Below, in pieces: positions 25,748 through 34,511 of a stretch of 64,000 nucleotides of DNA (the first letter of the stretch is position 1; every line of letters begins with the position of its first letter). The position numbers and the translations under genes were made by a program. The notes below the pieces were generated by a model. The model had not been told where the DNA came from and ran no database searches. It was given only the letters and a program-made list of their open reading frames with translations. The DNA is from an uncultured Spirochaetota bacterium (GTDB lineage: Bacteria > Spirochaetota > Spirochaetia > SZUA-6 > Fen-1364), in contig CAWJSK010000013.1 in the NCBI GenBank assembly GCA_963845535.1, positions 224,001-288,000 on the forward strand, read 5' to 3'.

Positions 25748-26686
25748 CTATTTCCTCCGCAGCAGGTTGACCGGAATGGTGAAGAAGGTGTGCACGACCT
25801 TGGTGAAGGGCAGCACAATGAAGAACACGTTGGCCAGCAGCACGTGCAGCACGACGAAGTGGTAATGCGATCCGTGGAGAACGGCGCGAGGGTCCGCGAA
25901 CGTGAAACGGGCAAGCCCGTTGAAGTAGAGGGCGAAGTCCTTCTTGGTCATGACGAAACCGTGGGCGCCCCACGAGTTGGCCCAGCTCATCATGTCCCCG
26001 AGAAGGAAAAGGAAAAGAAGGAGGAGGAGAAGCAGATAGTCGCCGGGCGTGGAGATCTCCCGCACGGGGCTCCTGAATCTTCGCAGGATGAAGTACATGA
26101 CGGAGACGGTGAGAACCACCCCGACGCTGCCGGCTCCGATCATATGCTTCGACGCCGCCGGAAGCATCCGCAACGCCGGGATCATGTCCAGGTGCGCCAG
26201 GATGAGAAGCAGGAACGCGATGTGGAAAAGGATCAGGAAAATCCAGAAGAATGGTTTGTGCTGCCGGACCTGTCGCATCCCGAAAGCGTCACGGATAGCC
26301 GCAAAGACGCGCCATTTGGCCGCCGGGTACAGCGTGAGCGGGTAGGACTGCGCCGGCGAACGCAGAATGACGATGATCCTCCATACAACCCCCACGACGA
26401 GGGCCAGGATGGCGAGGTACACCATGGGGACCATGATGAAGTAGTACACGGCGGCAAGAGGGCCGCCGGCCGCCGCGGCATGGGATGCAGATGAGACGGC
26501 ATCCGCCGCGGCCGGCGACGCAGCCTGGGAGGCCGCGGAGACCGCCTGCGCGGCGGACTGGGCCGCGGCGTGCGTTGCTGATGAAGCCGCCTGCGAGGCC
26601 GCGGAGACCGCCTGTGCGGCGGTCTTGGCAGCGGCAACCGACGCCGCCTTCGAAGCGGCTGATACGGCGTCCGTGACGGACGGCAT
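25748..26686 (-). CDS. NarI/DsrM-like membrane cytochrome b with an Ala/Ser repeat N-terminal tail
   Basis: Five TM segments, His pairs FH..AH and LH..VH, LPFTKVVH; ~75-aa (D/Q)AVS(A/S)AS repeat extension. Confidence 0.82.
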   Translation of the reverse strand: MPSVTDAVSAASKAASVAAAKTAAQAVSAASQAASSATHAAAQSAAQAVSAASQAASPAAADAVSSASHAAAAGGPLAAVYYFIMVPMVYLAILALVVGVVWRIIVILRSPAQSYPLTLYPAAKWRVFAAIRDAFGMRQVRQHKPFFWIFLILFHIAFLLLILAHLDMIPALRMLPAASKHMIGAGSVGVVLTVSVMYFILRRFRSPVREISTPGDYLLLLLLLFLFLLGDMMSWANSWGAHGFVMTKKDFALYFNGLARFTFADPRAVLHGSHYHFVVLHVLLANVFFIVLPFTKVVHTFFTIPVNLLRRK

Positions 26687-26695
26687 GGAGGCCTC

Positions 26696-26934
26696 CTATT
26701 TCATCCTTTTCACGAAGATCTTGATGAGGCCGGGCTCCTGCTTTGTTTCCATGATGGCGTGCCCCATCGTTTTCGCCCACGCCGGGAAGTCCGCCAGGGA
26801 GCCGGGTCCGTCGTGTGGACTTCGATCACCTCTCCCACGGAGACGGTGCCGATCTGCTGGCTGATCTTGACCACGGGCATGGGGCAGGCAAGCCCTTTGT
26901 AGTCGAGTGTCTTTGCTATCGCATAATCTGCCAT
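26696..26934 (-). pseudogene. TusA-family sulfur carrier with a 1-nt frameshift (pseudogene or sequencing error)
   Basis: LDYKGLACPMPVV (CPxP); adding one base at 26802-26803 restores TDPGSLADFPAWAKTMGH...IFVKRMK ending in TAG at 26696. Confidence 0.85.
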
Positions 26935-26955
26935 GGAACTCTCCTTCGATTCAGG

Positions 26956-27498
26956 TTAGATGAAAAACTGCAGGGAAGATTCTTTGGCGTGCGCAAGCAT
27001 GGTGGCCACGCCGCATACCTCGATATTGGGGTACTGGATCATCTCTTCCTTCTTGAAGCCCATGAGGTCCATCGACATCTCGCAGATGTAGATCTTCACG
27101 GCAAGCTCGCCCGCCACCTCGAAGAGCTGGTCCAGGCTGGCGACGTTCTTTTTTTTCATGAGCCCCTTCAGCATTGCCGTGCCCATGCCGGCCATGTGCA
27201 TCTGCGAGAGCTTCAGGGCGTTCCTGCCCTTCGGCAGCATGACGCCGAACATCTTCGAGATCATGTTCTTGCCGTTCACGCGCTTGGCGGGGTCCCGGAG
27301 GGCCGCCGTGCCCCAGAACGTGAAGAACAGCACCACCTCCATCCCCATGGCTGCCGCTCCCGTGGCAATGATCATTGCCGCGATCTGTCGGTCGAGGCTC
27401 CCGGAGAAGACCACCATGGTGAGCTTGTTCCCCGTGCCCGGAGTCGATTCGACCTTTGCCTTGAGCTCTGCGAGCTCCCTTTCGACGTTGACGCTCAT
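26956..27498 (-). CDS. DsrE/DsrF/DrsH-like (DsrE2) sulfurtransferase
   Basis: VFSGSLD, GAAAMG, FFTFWG, CEMSMDLMG; start ATG 27498. Confidence 0.9.
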   Translation of the reverse strand: MSVNVERELAELKAKVESTPGTGNKLTMVVFSGSLDRQIAAMIIATGAAAMGMEVVLFFTFWGTAALRDPAKRVNGKNMISKMFGVMLPKGRNALKLSQMHMAGMGTAMLKGLMKKKNVASLDQLFEVAGELAVKIYICEMSMDLMGFKKEEMIQYPNIEVCGVATMLAHAKESSLQFFI

Positions 27499-27812
27499 GT
27501 GAGCCCTCCTTGCATTCGATTCGAGGGACACCCCTCGAGGCATTTCACAAGCTGACGCAGCCGCGGCTCCCCCAGGCGGTAGCTTGCCCTGCCGCGCGCG
27601 CGGAAAGATTCCACTAATCCGCCCATCCTGAGGATCCGAAGCTGCTGCGAAAGGATGGCCTGCGCCACGCCGAGCCGCTCCGCCATGATGGTCACGGACA
27701 GGTCCTCCGCGCACAGCATCCCCACGATCCGTAAGCGGATGGGGTGCGCCAGCGCTTTGAGAGCGTCTGCCAGGTGAGCGGCTTTCACCCGGTCTGCCAC
27801 CAGGCTTGCCAT
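27495..27812 (-). CDS. ArsR-family regulator (possible persulfide sensor)
   Basis: LKALAHPIRLRI, SQQLRILR, C-terminal CLEGC; first gene of the sulfur operon. Confidence 0.85.
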   Translation of the reverse strand: MASLVADRVKAAHLADALKALAHPIRLRIVGMLCAEDLSVTIMAERLGVAQAILSQQLRILRMGGLVESFRARGRASYRLGEPRLRQLVKCLEGCPSNRMQGGLT

Positions 27813-27992
27813 CCGAGACCTCCTCAGGCTTTTTATTGATCTTACGACATAGTTATATCACTATAATCAAAGATGTGCAACATATTTCGATCTTTTTTTC
27901 ACGACTCGCAATTGCGCCTGGGATTGCAATTGCTGGTCGTAATTGTCCTTCGAGCCGCCGTGAAGTACCTTCGACTGAGCGGGAGGTCCATC

Positions 27993-28949
27993 ATGAAGAC
28001 AGTCGTCATAGGAGGTACGGGCCATATCGGCACCTTCCTCGTTCCCCGGCTCCTCCAGGCAGGTCATGAGGTCATCTGCCTCAGCAGAGGGCAGAGATCG
28101 CCGTACGAAGACCAGGGAATCTGGAAAGAAGCCCGACGTGAAAAAGTGGACCGGGCGGCGGAGGACAAGGCGGGGACCTTCGGAGCCCGCGTGGCCGCCC
28201 TGCGCGCAGACGTAGTGATAGACCTCATCTGCTACACGGAGGAAAGCGCGCGCCAGATCGTCCAGGGCATTGAAGGAAAAACGGGGCTTTACCTTTGCTG
28301 CGGCACCATCTGGGTCCACGGGCCGTCGGTCTCGGTGCCGACAACGGAATCGGAGCCGCGCAAGCCATTCGGGGAGTATGGGATCGGAAAGGCGGCCATG
28401 GAATCATGGCTCCTCTCCCACGCGCATGAGACCGGCTTCCCTGCCGCGGTGCTCCACCCTGGGCATATCGTTGGCCGGGGGTGGGTGCCGCTGAACCCCG
28501 CCGGCAACTTCAATCCCACGGTCTTCGAAACGCTTGCGCGCGGCGGCCGGCTTGCCCTGCCGAACCTGGGGCTTGAAACGGTCCATCACGTCCACGCTGA
28601 CGACGTAGCCCAGGCTTTCTGCAAGGCGATCGAGCGCAGGTCAACCGCCGTGGGGGAAAGCTTCCACGTCGTTTCACCCGCCGCCGTGAGCCTTCGGGGC
28701 TACGCGGAACGGGTGGCGCAGTGGTTCGGAGCCAAAGCCCAGCTCGATTTCCTCCCCTGGGAGCAGTGGCGCGTCACGGAGTCCCCCGAGGACGCTGCGG
28801 CCACCTGGGACCACATCGCGCACAGCCCGTGCTGCAGCATAGAGAAAGCGCGGAAGCTGCTGGGGTACCAGCCGCGCTACGAATCCCTCCCGGCGGTTTT
28901 CGAGTCCCTGGAGTGGCTCACGGAGCGCGGGAAGCTGAGGGTCAGTTGA
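27993..28949 (+). CDS. NAD-dependent epimerase/dehydratase (extended SDR)
   Basis: GGTGHIG, YGIGK (YxxxK), HVHADDVA. Confidence 0.9.
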   Translation: MKTVVIGGTGHIGTFLVPRLLQAGHEVICLSRGQRSPYEDQGIWKEARREKVDRAAEDKAGTFGARVAALRADVVIDLICYTEESARQIVQGIEGKTGLYLCCGTIWVHGPSVSVPTTESEPRKPFGEYGIGKAAMESWLLSHAHETGFPAAVLHPGHIVGRGWVPLNPAGNFNPTVFETLARGGRLALPNLGLETVHHVHADDVAQAFCKAIERRSTAVGESFHVVSPAAVSLRGYAERVAQWFGAKAQLDFLPWEQWRVTESPEDAAATWDHIAHSPCCSIEKARKLLGYQPRYESLPAVFESLEWLTERGKLRVS

Positions 28950-29457
28950 ACTTGAACAGGATGCCCGCGTTGGCGTGGATGACCTGAAGGTTCTGCCCGC
29001 CGTCGAACACGACGTTGTACTTGCCCTGGAAGAAAAGGTCCAGGTTGCTCACGAGCTGGAACGTGACGCCGGCCAGGGCTCCGATATGCGGATCCAGCAC
29101 GGCGGTGACCGCCGTCAGGCCCGGCACGACGCCGGCGTAGATGGCGAACCCGGACAGCGGGACAATGAACTTGAAGGCGAGGTCTATGTCCGTTGCATTC
29201 TGATCCTGCAGCTTGTACAGCTCGGCTGATGGCGTGATGTGGAACGTGTACAACAGCGGGATGTCCACGTAGAAGCCCCAGTTGAAGCTCAAGCTCCCGC
29301 TCGTGTTGGGGATGTTGGGCGTGCTGCCGGTGGCGTCGGCGAGACCCAGAGAGATCCCGAGGCCGACCGGGTTCTGTGATTGGGCGGCTATGGGCGCGCA
29401 TGCAAGGACTGCGAAAAGAAAAGCAACAAGACCAGCAAACAATGTGCGGGATTTCAT
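28942..29457 (-). CDS. Small outer-membrane beta-barrel-like secreted protein
   Basis: Signal peptide (..PIAAQ), alternating amphipathic strands, ends GILFKFN. Confidence 0.65.
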   Translation of the reverse strand: MKSRTLFAGLVAFLFAVLACAPIAAQSQNPVGLGISLGLADATGSTPNIPNTSGSLSFNWGFYVDIPLLYTFHITPSAELYKLQDQNATDIDLAFKFIVPLSGFAIYAGVVPGLTAVTAVLDPHIGALAGVTFQLVSNLDLFFQGKYNVVFDGGQNLQVIHANAGILFKFN

Positions 29458-29538
29458 ATTCCCCTCCCTTGCTTCCATTGTAACGCAGACAACGCCGCAA
29501 CGCAAACGGCGTTGCAGCGCAATCCGCGTCCTGCCCGC

Positions 29539-30906
29539 TTACGGCTCGACGGCGTCCGAGGCATCGTATTCCAGCCATCCCCTCCTGATGAGGTCCCTGT
29601 ACCAGAGCGCGCTCTTTTTCCATTCCCTCTTCTGCGTCGAGAAGTCCGTATGGATCAGCCCGCAGCGCATCGACAGTCCTTTGCTCCACTCGAAGTTGTC
29701 GAGCAGGCTCCAGAAGAAGTAACCCCGGCAATCCGAGCCGTCCCGCAGCGCGCGAGCAACGTGCGCGAGATGGTCCGCCATGTAGGAGACGCGGCCGCCG
29801 TCATCCAGGGGATCAGCTCCGGGAACGTCCGGAATGGGCGGTCCGTTTTCCGTGATCATGCACGGAGGATTGCCAAGCTCGTTCTTCAGCCTCATCAAAG
29901 CCCGGTAGATGCCGGGGGGATGGATCTCGTCTCCCATGGCGGTATGCGGCGCGGAAGGCTCGAAACGCTCCACGGCGTGAAGAAACGGGGTGAAAAAGGA
30001 GTAGCGGTACCTGTTTCTCCGGTAGTAATTTATTCCAACGAAGCTTCCGCGGCCCTCGATGCGGGCCATGTCCTTCTCGAAGCCGCGCGGAAAAAAGCGG
30101 CCCATCCGGTCAAGGACGCGCCGGGGATAGCCGCCGGAACCCATCGGGAAAAGCACGACGCCATTGGCCATGTCATCCATGAAGGCAGCCGCCTCAACAT
30201 CCCTGCGCCGGGAAGGGTCCGCTGGGAGGACGTCCACGTAGTAGTGGGCAAGCCCGGCCATGCCGCCCGGCACGAGAGCCGCGCAGGCGTCGGCGAGCTG
30301 CGCGTGCGCCAGGAGGAGATGATGGGCGCTGTGGAACATCCCTCGAAGATCGAACTTGTGCGCGGGCGGGTATTCCGCCGTGCCGTAGCCCTGGAACGAG
30401 TAGAGGGAAGGCTCATTGATCGTGCACCACTTCTTGACCCTGTCCCCGAGCCTGCGCATGAGGAGCGTCCCCAGCTCGAGCAGGCGGTCCACCGCCTCCC
30501 TGCGCGCGAATCCTCCCCCGCGGGCAAGCCAGAGAGGTTCCTCGAGATGAAAGACCGTCAGGAGGGGGGCAATCCCGGCAGCCAGAAGCACGTCCACCAG
30601 TCTGTCGTAGAAATCGATGCCTTTCTGGTTGACGACCCCCGGCTCGGGGAAGATCCTCGTCCATCCCGTGGAAAACCTGTACGCCGAGAGGCCGAGATCC
30701 CGCATGTGACGGATGTCTTCCTCGAAGCGTCGATAGTGGTCGCACGCAACGTCCCCGTTGGTGGCGTCCTCGATCGTCCCGCGTCGATGAGTGAACTCGT
30801 GCCACGTGGAAGCGGTTGCCCCGTCCGCCAACGGGGAGCCTTCGATCTGGTACGCCGAGGTGGCGGCGCCCCAGAGGAAGCTTTTCGGGAATGTGTACGT
30901 CGCCAT
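29539..30906 (-). CDS. Glycoside hydrolase family 1 (beta-glucosidase)
   Basis: FLWGAATSAYQIEG, TINEP, ITENG, WSLLDNFEW; start ATG 30906. Confidence 0.95.
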   Translation of the reverse strand: MATYTFPKSFLWGAATSAYQIEGSPLADGATASTWHEFTHRRGTIEDATNGDVACDHYRRFEEDIRHMRDLGLSAYRFSTGWTRIFPEPGVVNQKGIDFYDRLVDVLLAAGIAPLLTVFHLEEPLWLARGGGFARREAVDRLLELGTLLMRRLGDRVKKWCTINEPSLYSFQGYGTAEYPPAHKFDLRGMFHSAHHLLLAHAQLADACAALVPGGMAGLAHYYVDVLPADPSRRRDVEAAAFMDDMANGVVLFPMGSGGYPRRVLDRMGRFFPRGFEKDMARIEGRGSFVGINYYRRNRYRYSFFTPFLHAVERFEPSAPHTAMGDEIHPPGIYRALMRLKNELGNPPCMITENGPPIPDVPGADPLDDGGRVSYMADHLAHVARALRDGSDCRGYFFWSLLDNFEWSKGLSMRCGLIHTDFSTQKREWKKSALWYRDLIRRGWLEYDASDAVEP

Positions 30907-30991
30907 GCCGGCGTCCAGGATATCACGCCCCGGGGACGCGTCATAGACCGGAGGAGAGGCGCCCGGTATAATCCCGCGAACGGAGACGGTT

Positions 30992-31669
30992 TTGGAGAAA
31001 CAAGGATATCGTTCCCTCAACCTCGTGACGGCGGTATTCGTCACGTGCCTCATCACGTCGAACATCATCGCGGTGAAGATCATAGACGTGCTGGGGGTCG
31101 TGGTTCCGGCGGCCGTGGTCATCTTTCCCCTCAGCTACCTGTTCGGCGACATCCTGACCGAAGTGTACGGGTATGCGCGGTCGCGCCAGGTGATCTGGAT
31201 CGGGTTCGGATGCAACGCCCTTGCCGTCCTTGCAATGTGGATTGGCGGAAGGCTCCCCTCTGCGGTCTTCTGGGACGGCCAGGCCGCGTACGTGCGCATC
31301 CTGGGATCCACCCCACGGCTGCTTCTTGCTTCGTTCAGCGCGTACCTCGTGGGAGAGTTCCTCAATTCGCTCGTCCTTGCCCGCCTGAAGATCGCCACGA
31401 AGGGGCGATGGCTTTGGACCAGGACCATCACGAGCACCCTCGTGGGCCAGGGAGCGGACTCCCTCATCTTCATCGTGATCGCTTTTGCCGGTTCCGTTTC
31501 GACTTCTGACCTCGCGCGCGTGGTCGTTGCCCAGTGGCTCGTCAAGTCGGCGTATGAGACCGTCGCCACTCCCGCCACCTACGCCATCGTGAGATTCCTG
31601 AAGAGAACGGAGCGGGAGGACTATTACGATTACAAGACTGATTTCAATCCCTTCCGGCTGAAGGGATGA
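30992..31669 (+). CDS. Queuosine precursor transporter (YhhQ/Vut_1)
   Basis: SNIIAVK, FPLSYLFGDILTEVYG, RTITSTLVGQGADS; adjacent to queF. Confidence 0.92.
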   Translation: MEKQGYRSLNLVTAVFVTCLITSNIIAVKIIDVLGVVVPAAVVIFPLSYLFGDILTEVYGYARSRQVIWIGFGCNALAVLAMWIGGRLPSAVFWDGQAAYVRILGSTPRLLLASFSAYLVGEFLNSLVLARLKIATKGRWLWTRTITSTLVGQGADSLIFIVIAFAGSVSTSDLARVVVAQWLVKSAYETVATPATYAIVRFLKRTEREDYYDYKTDFNPFRLKG

Positions 31670-31721
31670 GGAGGCTGCCACGAAAGCACCGAGGCGCGCA
31701 ACGGAGAGTCTCTCAGCGGGA

Positions 31722-32102
31722 TTGACGCTCCTCAGGAAGAAAAAGGCCAGGCCCGTGAGAAAGCTGGAGGCTTTCCCGAACCGGACCCCCGGCCGCCGCT
31801 ATACGGTGACGCTCGTGTGTCCCGAGTTCACGTGCGTGTGCCCCATGACGGGCCAGCCGGATTTCGGCACCATCACCATCCACTACGTCCCGGATCGAAA
31901 GATCCTGGAGTCGAAATCCCTCAAGCTGTACCTCTGGTCCTACCGGCAGGAGGGCGCGTTCCACGAGCACGTGACCAACCGCATCCTTGACGACGTGGTG
32001 AGCGCGCTCGACCCGTGGTACTGCAAGGTGACGGGGGATTTCAACGCGCGCGGCGGCATATCCATCACGGTGGTGGCTGAGCACGAGAAGAAAGACTCGT
32101 GA
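31722..32102 (+). CDS. queF: PreQ0 reductase QueF (unimodular)
   Basis: PEFTCVCPMTGQPDF, ESKSLKLYL, FHE, NARGGI. Confidence 0.95.
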   Translation: MTLLRKKKARPVRKLEAFPNRTPGRRYTVTLVCPEFTCVCPMTGQPDFGTITIHYVPDRKILESKSLKLYLWSYRQEGAFHEHVTNRILDDVVSALDPWYCKVTGDFNARGGISITVVAEHEKKDS

Positions 32103-32169
32103 CGCACGGGCCGCCCGCCCAGCGGGCCCGTGGGCGGGCTGAGCGTTTTGCCGCGCGTCCGGGAGCGCC

Positions 32170-33606
32170 CTACTTCTTTTTGCCCTCTTTCTTATCTTTC
32201 GAGTCGTCGAACACGATTGTCGCGCCGCCAACGTCAATGACGTCACCGGGCTCGAGCTTGCGCGTCTTCACGGGCTGGTTGTTCACCGTGATCTCCCCGG
32301 ACCCCACCACCGTGTAGCTCTTGTCCTTGGGATCATAGAGGATTGTGGCGTGCTCCTGCTTCACCTGCGGAGCGCCCGCTATGGTCAGGTCCGCGCTTCG
32401 GCTTCCGCCGATCACGGTCTTGCTCGACGACAAGGGAAGCACCCGCGTCATTGGGTGTCCCACGCGGGTCTGGAGAACCTCGAGGTTGGCCGGCCCGGGC
32501 CTCCTTTCCAGCTTGACGAACGTCAGAAGCCAGAGGAGCGCAATGGCAAGGACAAACGGGATGATGAGGACCGGGGAAAGGTTGCTCAGCGGGAGGCCGA
32601 AGACGACGCTGGAGAAATAGAAGCGCGAGGCGGCGCTGTCACTCCCCTGGTTGGTCACGGACACCTGCACGTACTTTTTCTCCGCGGGAGTCGTTGTGGC
32701 GCGATAGCGGATGAGGTATTCGCCCGCGACCTGGCGATGGATGGCCGTGTACACTCCGCTGAGGTCCTCCCCGCGAGCCGCTTCGAATGTCCTTCCGCCC
32801 GTGTCCTGCGCAATGGCGCGGAGGTTCTTATCCATGATCTCCCCGACGCCGAAGTTGATCCCGTACACGGTGACCCCTTCCTCCTGGTTTGCGGTGGTGG
32901 ATTCAGGGTAGGTGAAAATCCGCGTGCCGAACTCGGGGTTGGGTTTGCCGGAATGGGTGAAGTACGGGAAGTTCTCCCCGTCGGAGAGGACGATGATGGC
33001 CTTGCGGCCGCTGATCCCGGCGAACTCCTGAGGACCGGTCTTCAGGCTCCCGTACAGCTCCGTGTACGCCTCATCCGGGATTGGTTTTGTTATCTGGTCC
33101 AGCAGGGAGCTGATACGTTCCCTGTCCGTCGTGGGACGCGCCAGCAGATGGTAGCGCGTATTGAAGACGACCAGGCCAACCCTGTCCTTGGGATTGGTCA
33201 TGCTGGCCAGGAAGGCGCGCACGGCGGCCTTGGCGTTGGTGATCTTCATCCGCGCCGCGTCCGTGGTGGGCGTGGCGTCCGGAGCGTCGTACATGCTGCC
33301 GGAGTTGTCGATGAAGAGAAGGAACGAGATTCCCTCGTTGGCCCCCGCCTTGGGCTCGAAGCCGAGCACGGGGAGCTTCGTGTAATGCTGGCCGTCCGCG
33401 GATTCGGCAACGCTGAAAGCCTGTTGCGGCAGGTCCGTGACCGGCTCCCCATGGTCATCGGTCACGCTCACGTAGGCGCCCACCTCCTGGCGGAGAAGAA
33501 GCCCCGAGCTGTCGATCTGCGCCACGCTGACGGTTATTGCGGATGCTGACGCAGAGGCAAGTCCAAGGAGAACGAATATCGTCAAAAATCTCTTGTGCCT
33601 GTTCAT
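32170..33606 (-). CDS. Exported VWA domain + TM + cytoplasmic FHA domain protein
   Basis: Signal peptide, MIDAS DNSGSM, LSDGE, TM segment, C-terminal FHA-like (IGGS..ADL, EHA, LEPGDVIDVG). Confidence 0.85.
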   Translation of the reverse strand: MNRHKRFLTIFVLLGLASASASAITVSVAQIDSSGLLLRQEVGAYVSVTDDHGEPVTDLPQQAFSVAESADGQHYTKLPVLGFEPKAGANEGISFLLFIDNSGSMYDAPDATPTTDAARMKITNAKAAVRAFLASMTNPKDRVGLVVFNTRYHLLARPTTDRERISSLLDQITKPIPDEAYTELYGSLKTGPQEFAGISGRKAIIVLSDGENFPYFTHSGKPNPEFGTRIFTYPESTTANQEEGVTVYGINFGVGEIMDKNLRAIAQDTGGRTFEAARGEDLSGVYTAIHRQVAGEYLIRYRATTTPAEKKYVQVSVTNQGSDSAASRFYFSSVVFGLPLSNLSPVLIIPFVLAIALLWLLTFVKLERRPGPANLEVLQTRVGHPMTRVLPLSSSKTVIGGSRSADLTIAGAPQVKQEHATILYDPKDKSYTVVGSGEITVNNQPVKTRKLEPGDVIDVGGATIVFDDSKDKKEGKKK

Positions 33607-33616
33607 CACCGTATCC

Positions 33617-34507
33617 TCATCCGAATTTGTAGAAGATCCTGGCGGAGCCGATCTTGATGACGTCCCCGAGCTTCAGTTTCCTTTCCTGGACCTTTTCCTC
33701 GTTGACGAGCATGGCGACTTTCGGCTCCAGGTTCTTGATCACCGGTTCGCCCTTTCTCACGCGGATGTCCGCCTGGACGTCCGCGAGGTCCTCGTAGGCG
33801 GGGAGGGCGATCTCGTTGCGCGGTGAACGGCCAATCCGCACGCGCCTTTCCGTGAGAAGGAACTCCTTGCCCTTGAGCTCGCCGGCGAGAATTCGCAGGA
33901 CGCCGAATGACATCCCCTGCTCGATGAGCCCGTAGAAGAAGCCGATTGCCAGCCCGAGGATGACGAGCCCCAGGAGACGGAAGAGCGCGAAACCGGGAAG
34001 CAGCAGCCGCGAATACTCCAGGGCAAAGCCGCCCACCATCCCGCCAAGAAGCCCGCCCAGGACACCGACGGCGATCTTCTTGGGTGACAGCGCGCGCACG
34101 CCCTCCGCCGCTCCCACGAAGATGCCGAGCACGGCCCAGCCGATTGCGCGGGAAACGGGCAGGACCACCGACTGCATGTTCCGGTAAGACAGGAGGAAGA
34201 TTCCCCCGAACAACCAGAGGGCCGCCTGTCCGACAAGCGCTCCCGCCGCGCCGCCAAGGCACCCTACAAGGGCGCCAAGAAGAATCCCGGTCGGGATCCT
34301 TTTCTTGATCCTCGACGTGATCCCTTCCGCGGCGCCGAAGAATGCCCCCATGAGCGCGCCGACCACGGCTCCCAGGAGCGCGAGGAACGCCAGGTAGGAT
34401 GGGAATGAGCCCTGGTAATACAGGACCAGCTCCGCGGCGGGCCACGCGGCAATGCCGCCGAGAAAGCCGAGGGCCAGGATGATGAGCTTGCTGCTCATGG
34501 TGGTCAT
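33617..34507 (-). CDS. Multi-TM Gly-rich membrane protein with C-terminal FHA domain
   Basis: Six Gly-rich TM segments; IGRSPRNEI...LKLGDVIKIG. Confidence 0.85.
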   Translation of the reverse strand: MTTMSSKLIILALGFLGGIAAWPAAELVLYYQGSFPSYLAFLALLGAVVGALMGAFFGAAEGITSRIKKRIPTGILLGALVGCLGGAAGALVGQAALWLFGGIFLLSYRNMQSVVLPVSRAIGWAVLGIFVGAAEGVRALSPKKIAVGVLGGLLGGMVGGFALEYSRLLLPGFALFRLLGLVILGLAIGFFYGLIEQGMSFGVLRILAGELKGKEFLLTERRVRIGRSPRNEIALPAYEDLADVQADIRVRKGEPVIKNLEPKVAMLVNEEKVQERKLKLGDVIKIGSARIFYKFG

Positions 34508-34511
34508 GCGG

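Noticed and set aside
30907..30991. Possible preQ1 riboswitch upstream of yhhQ-queF
   Set aside because: No recognisable preQ1 stem with A-rich tail; only a TATAAT -10 box
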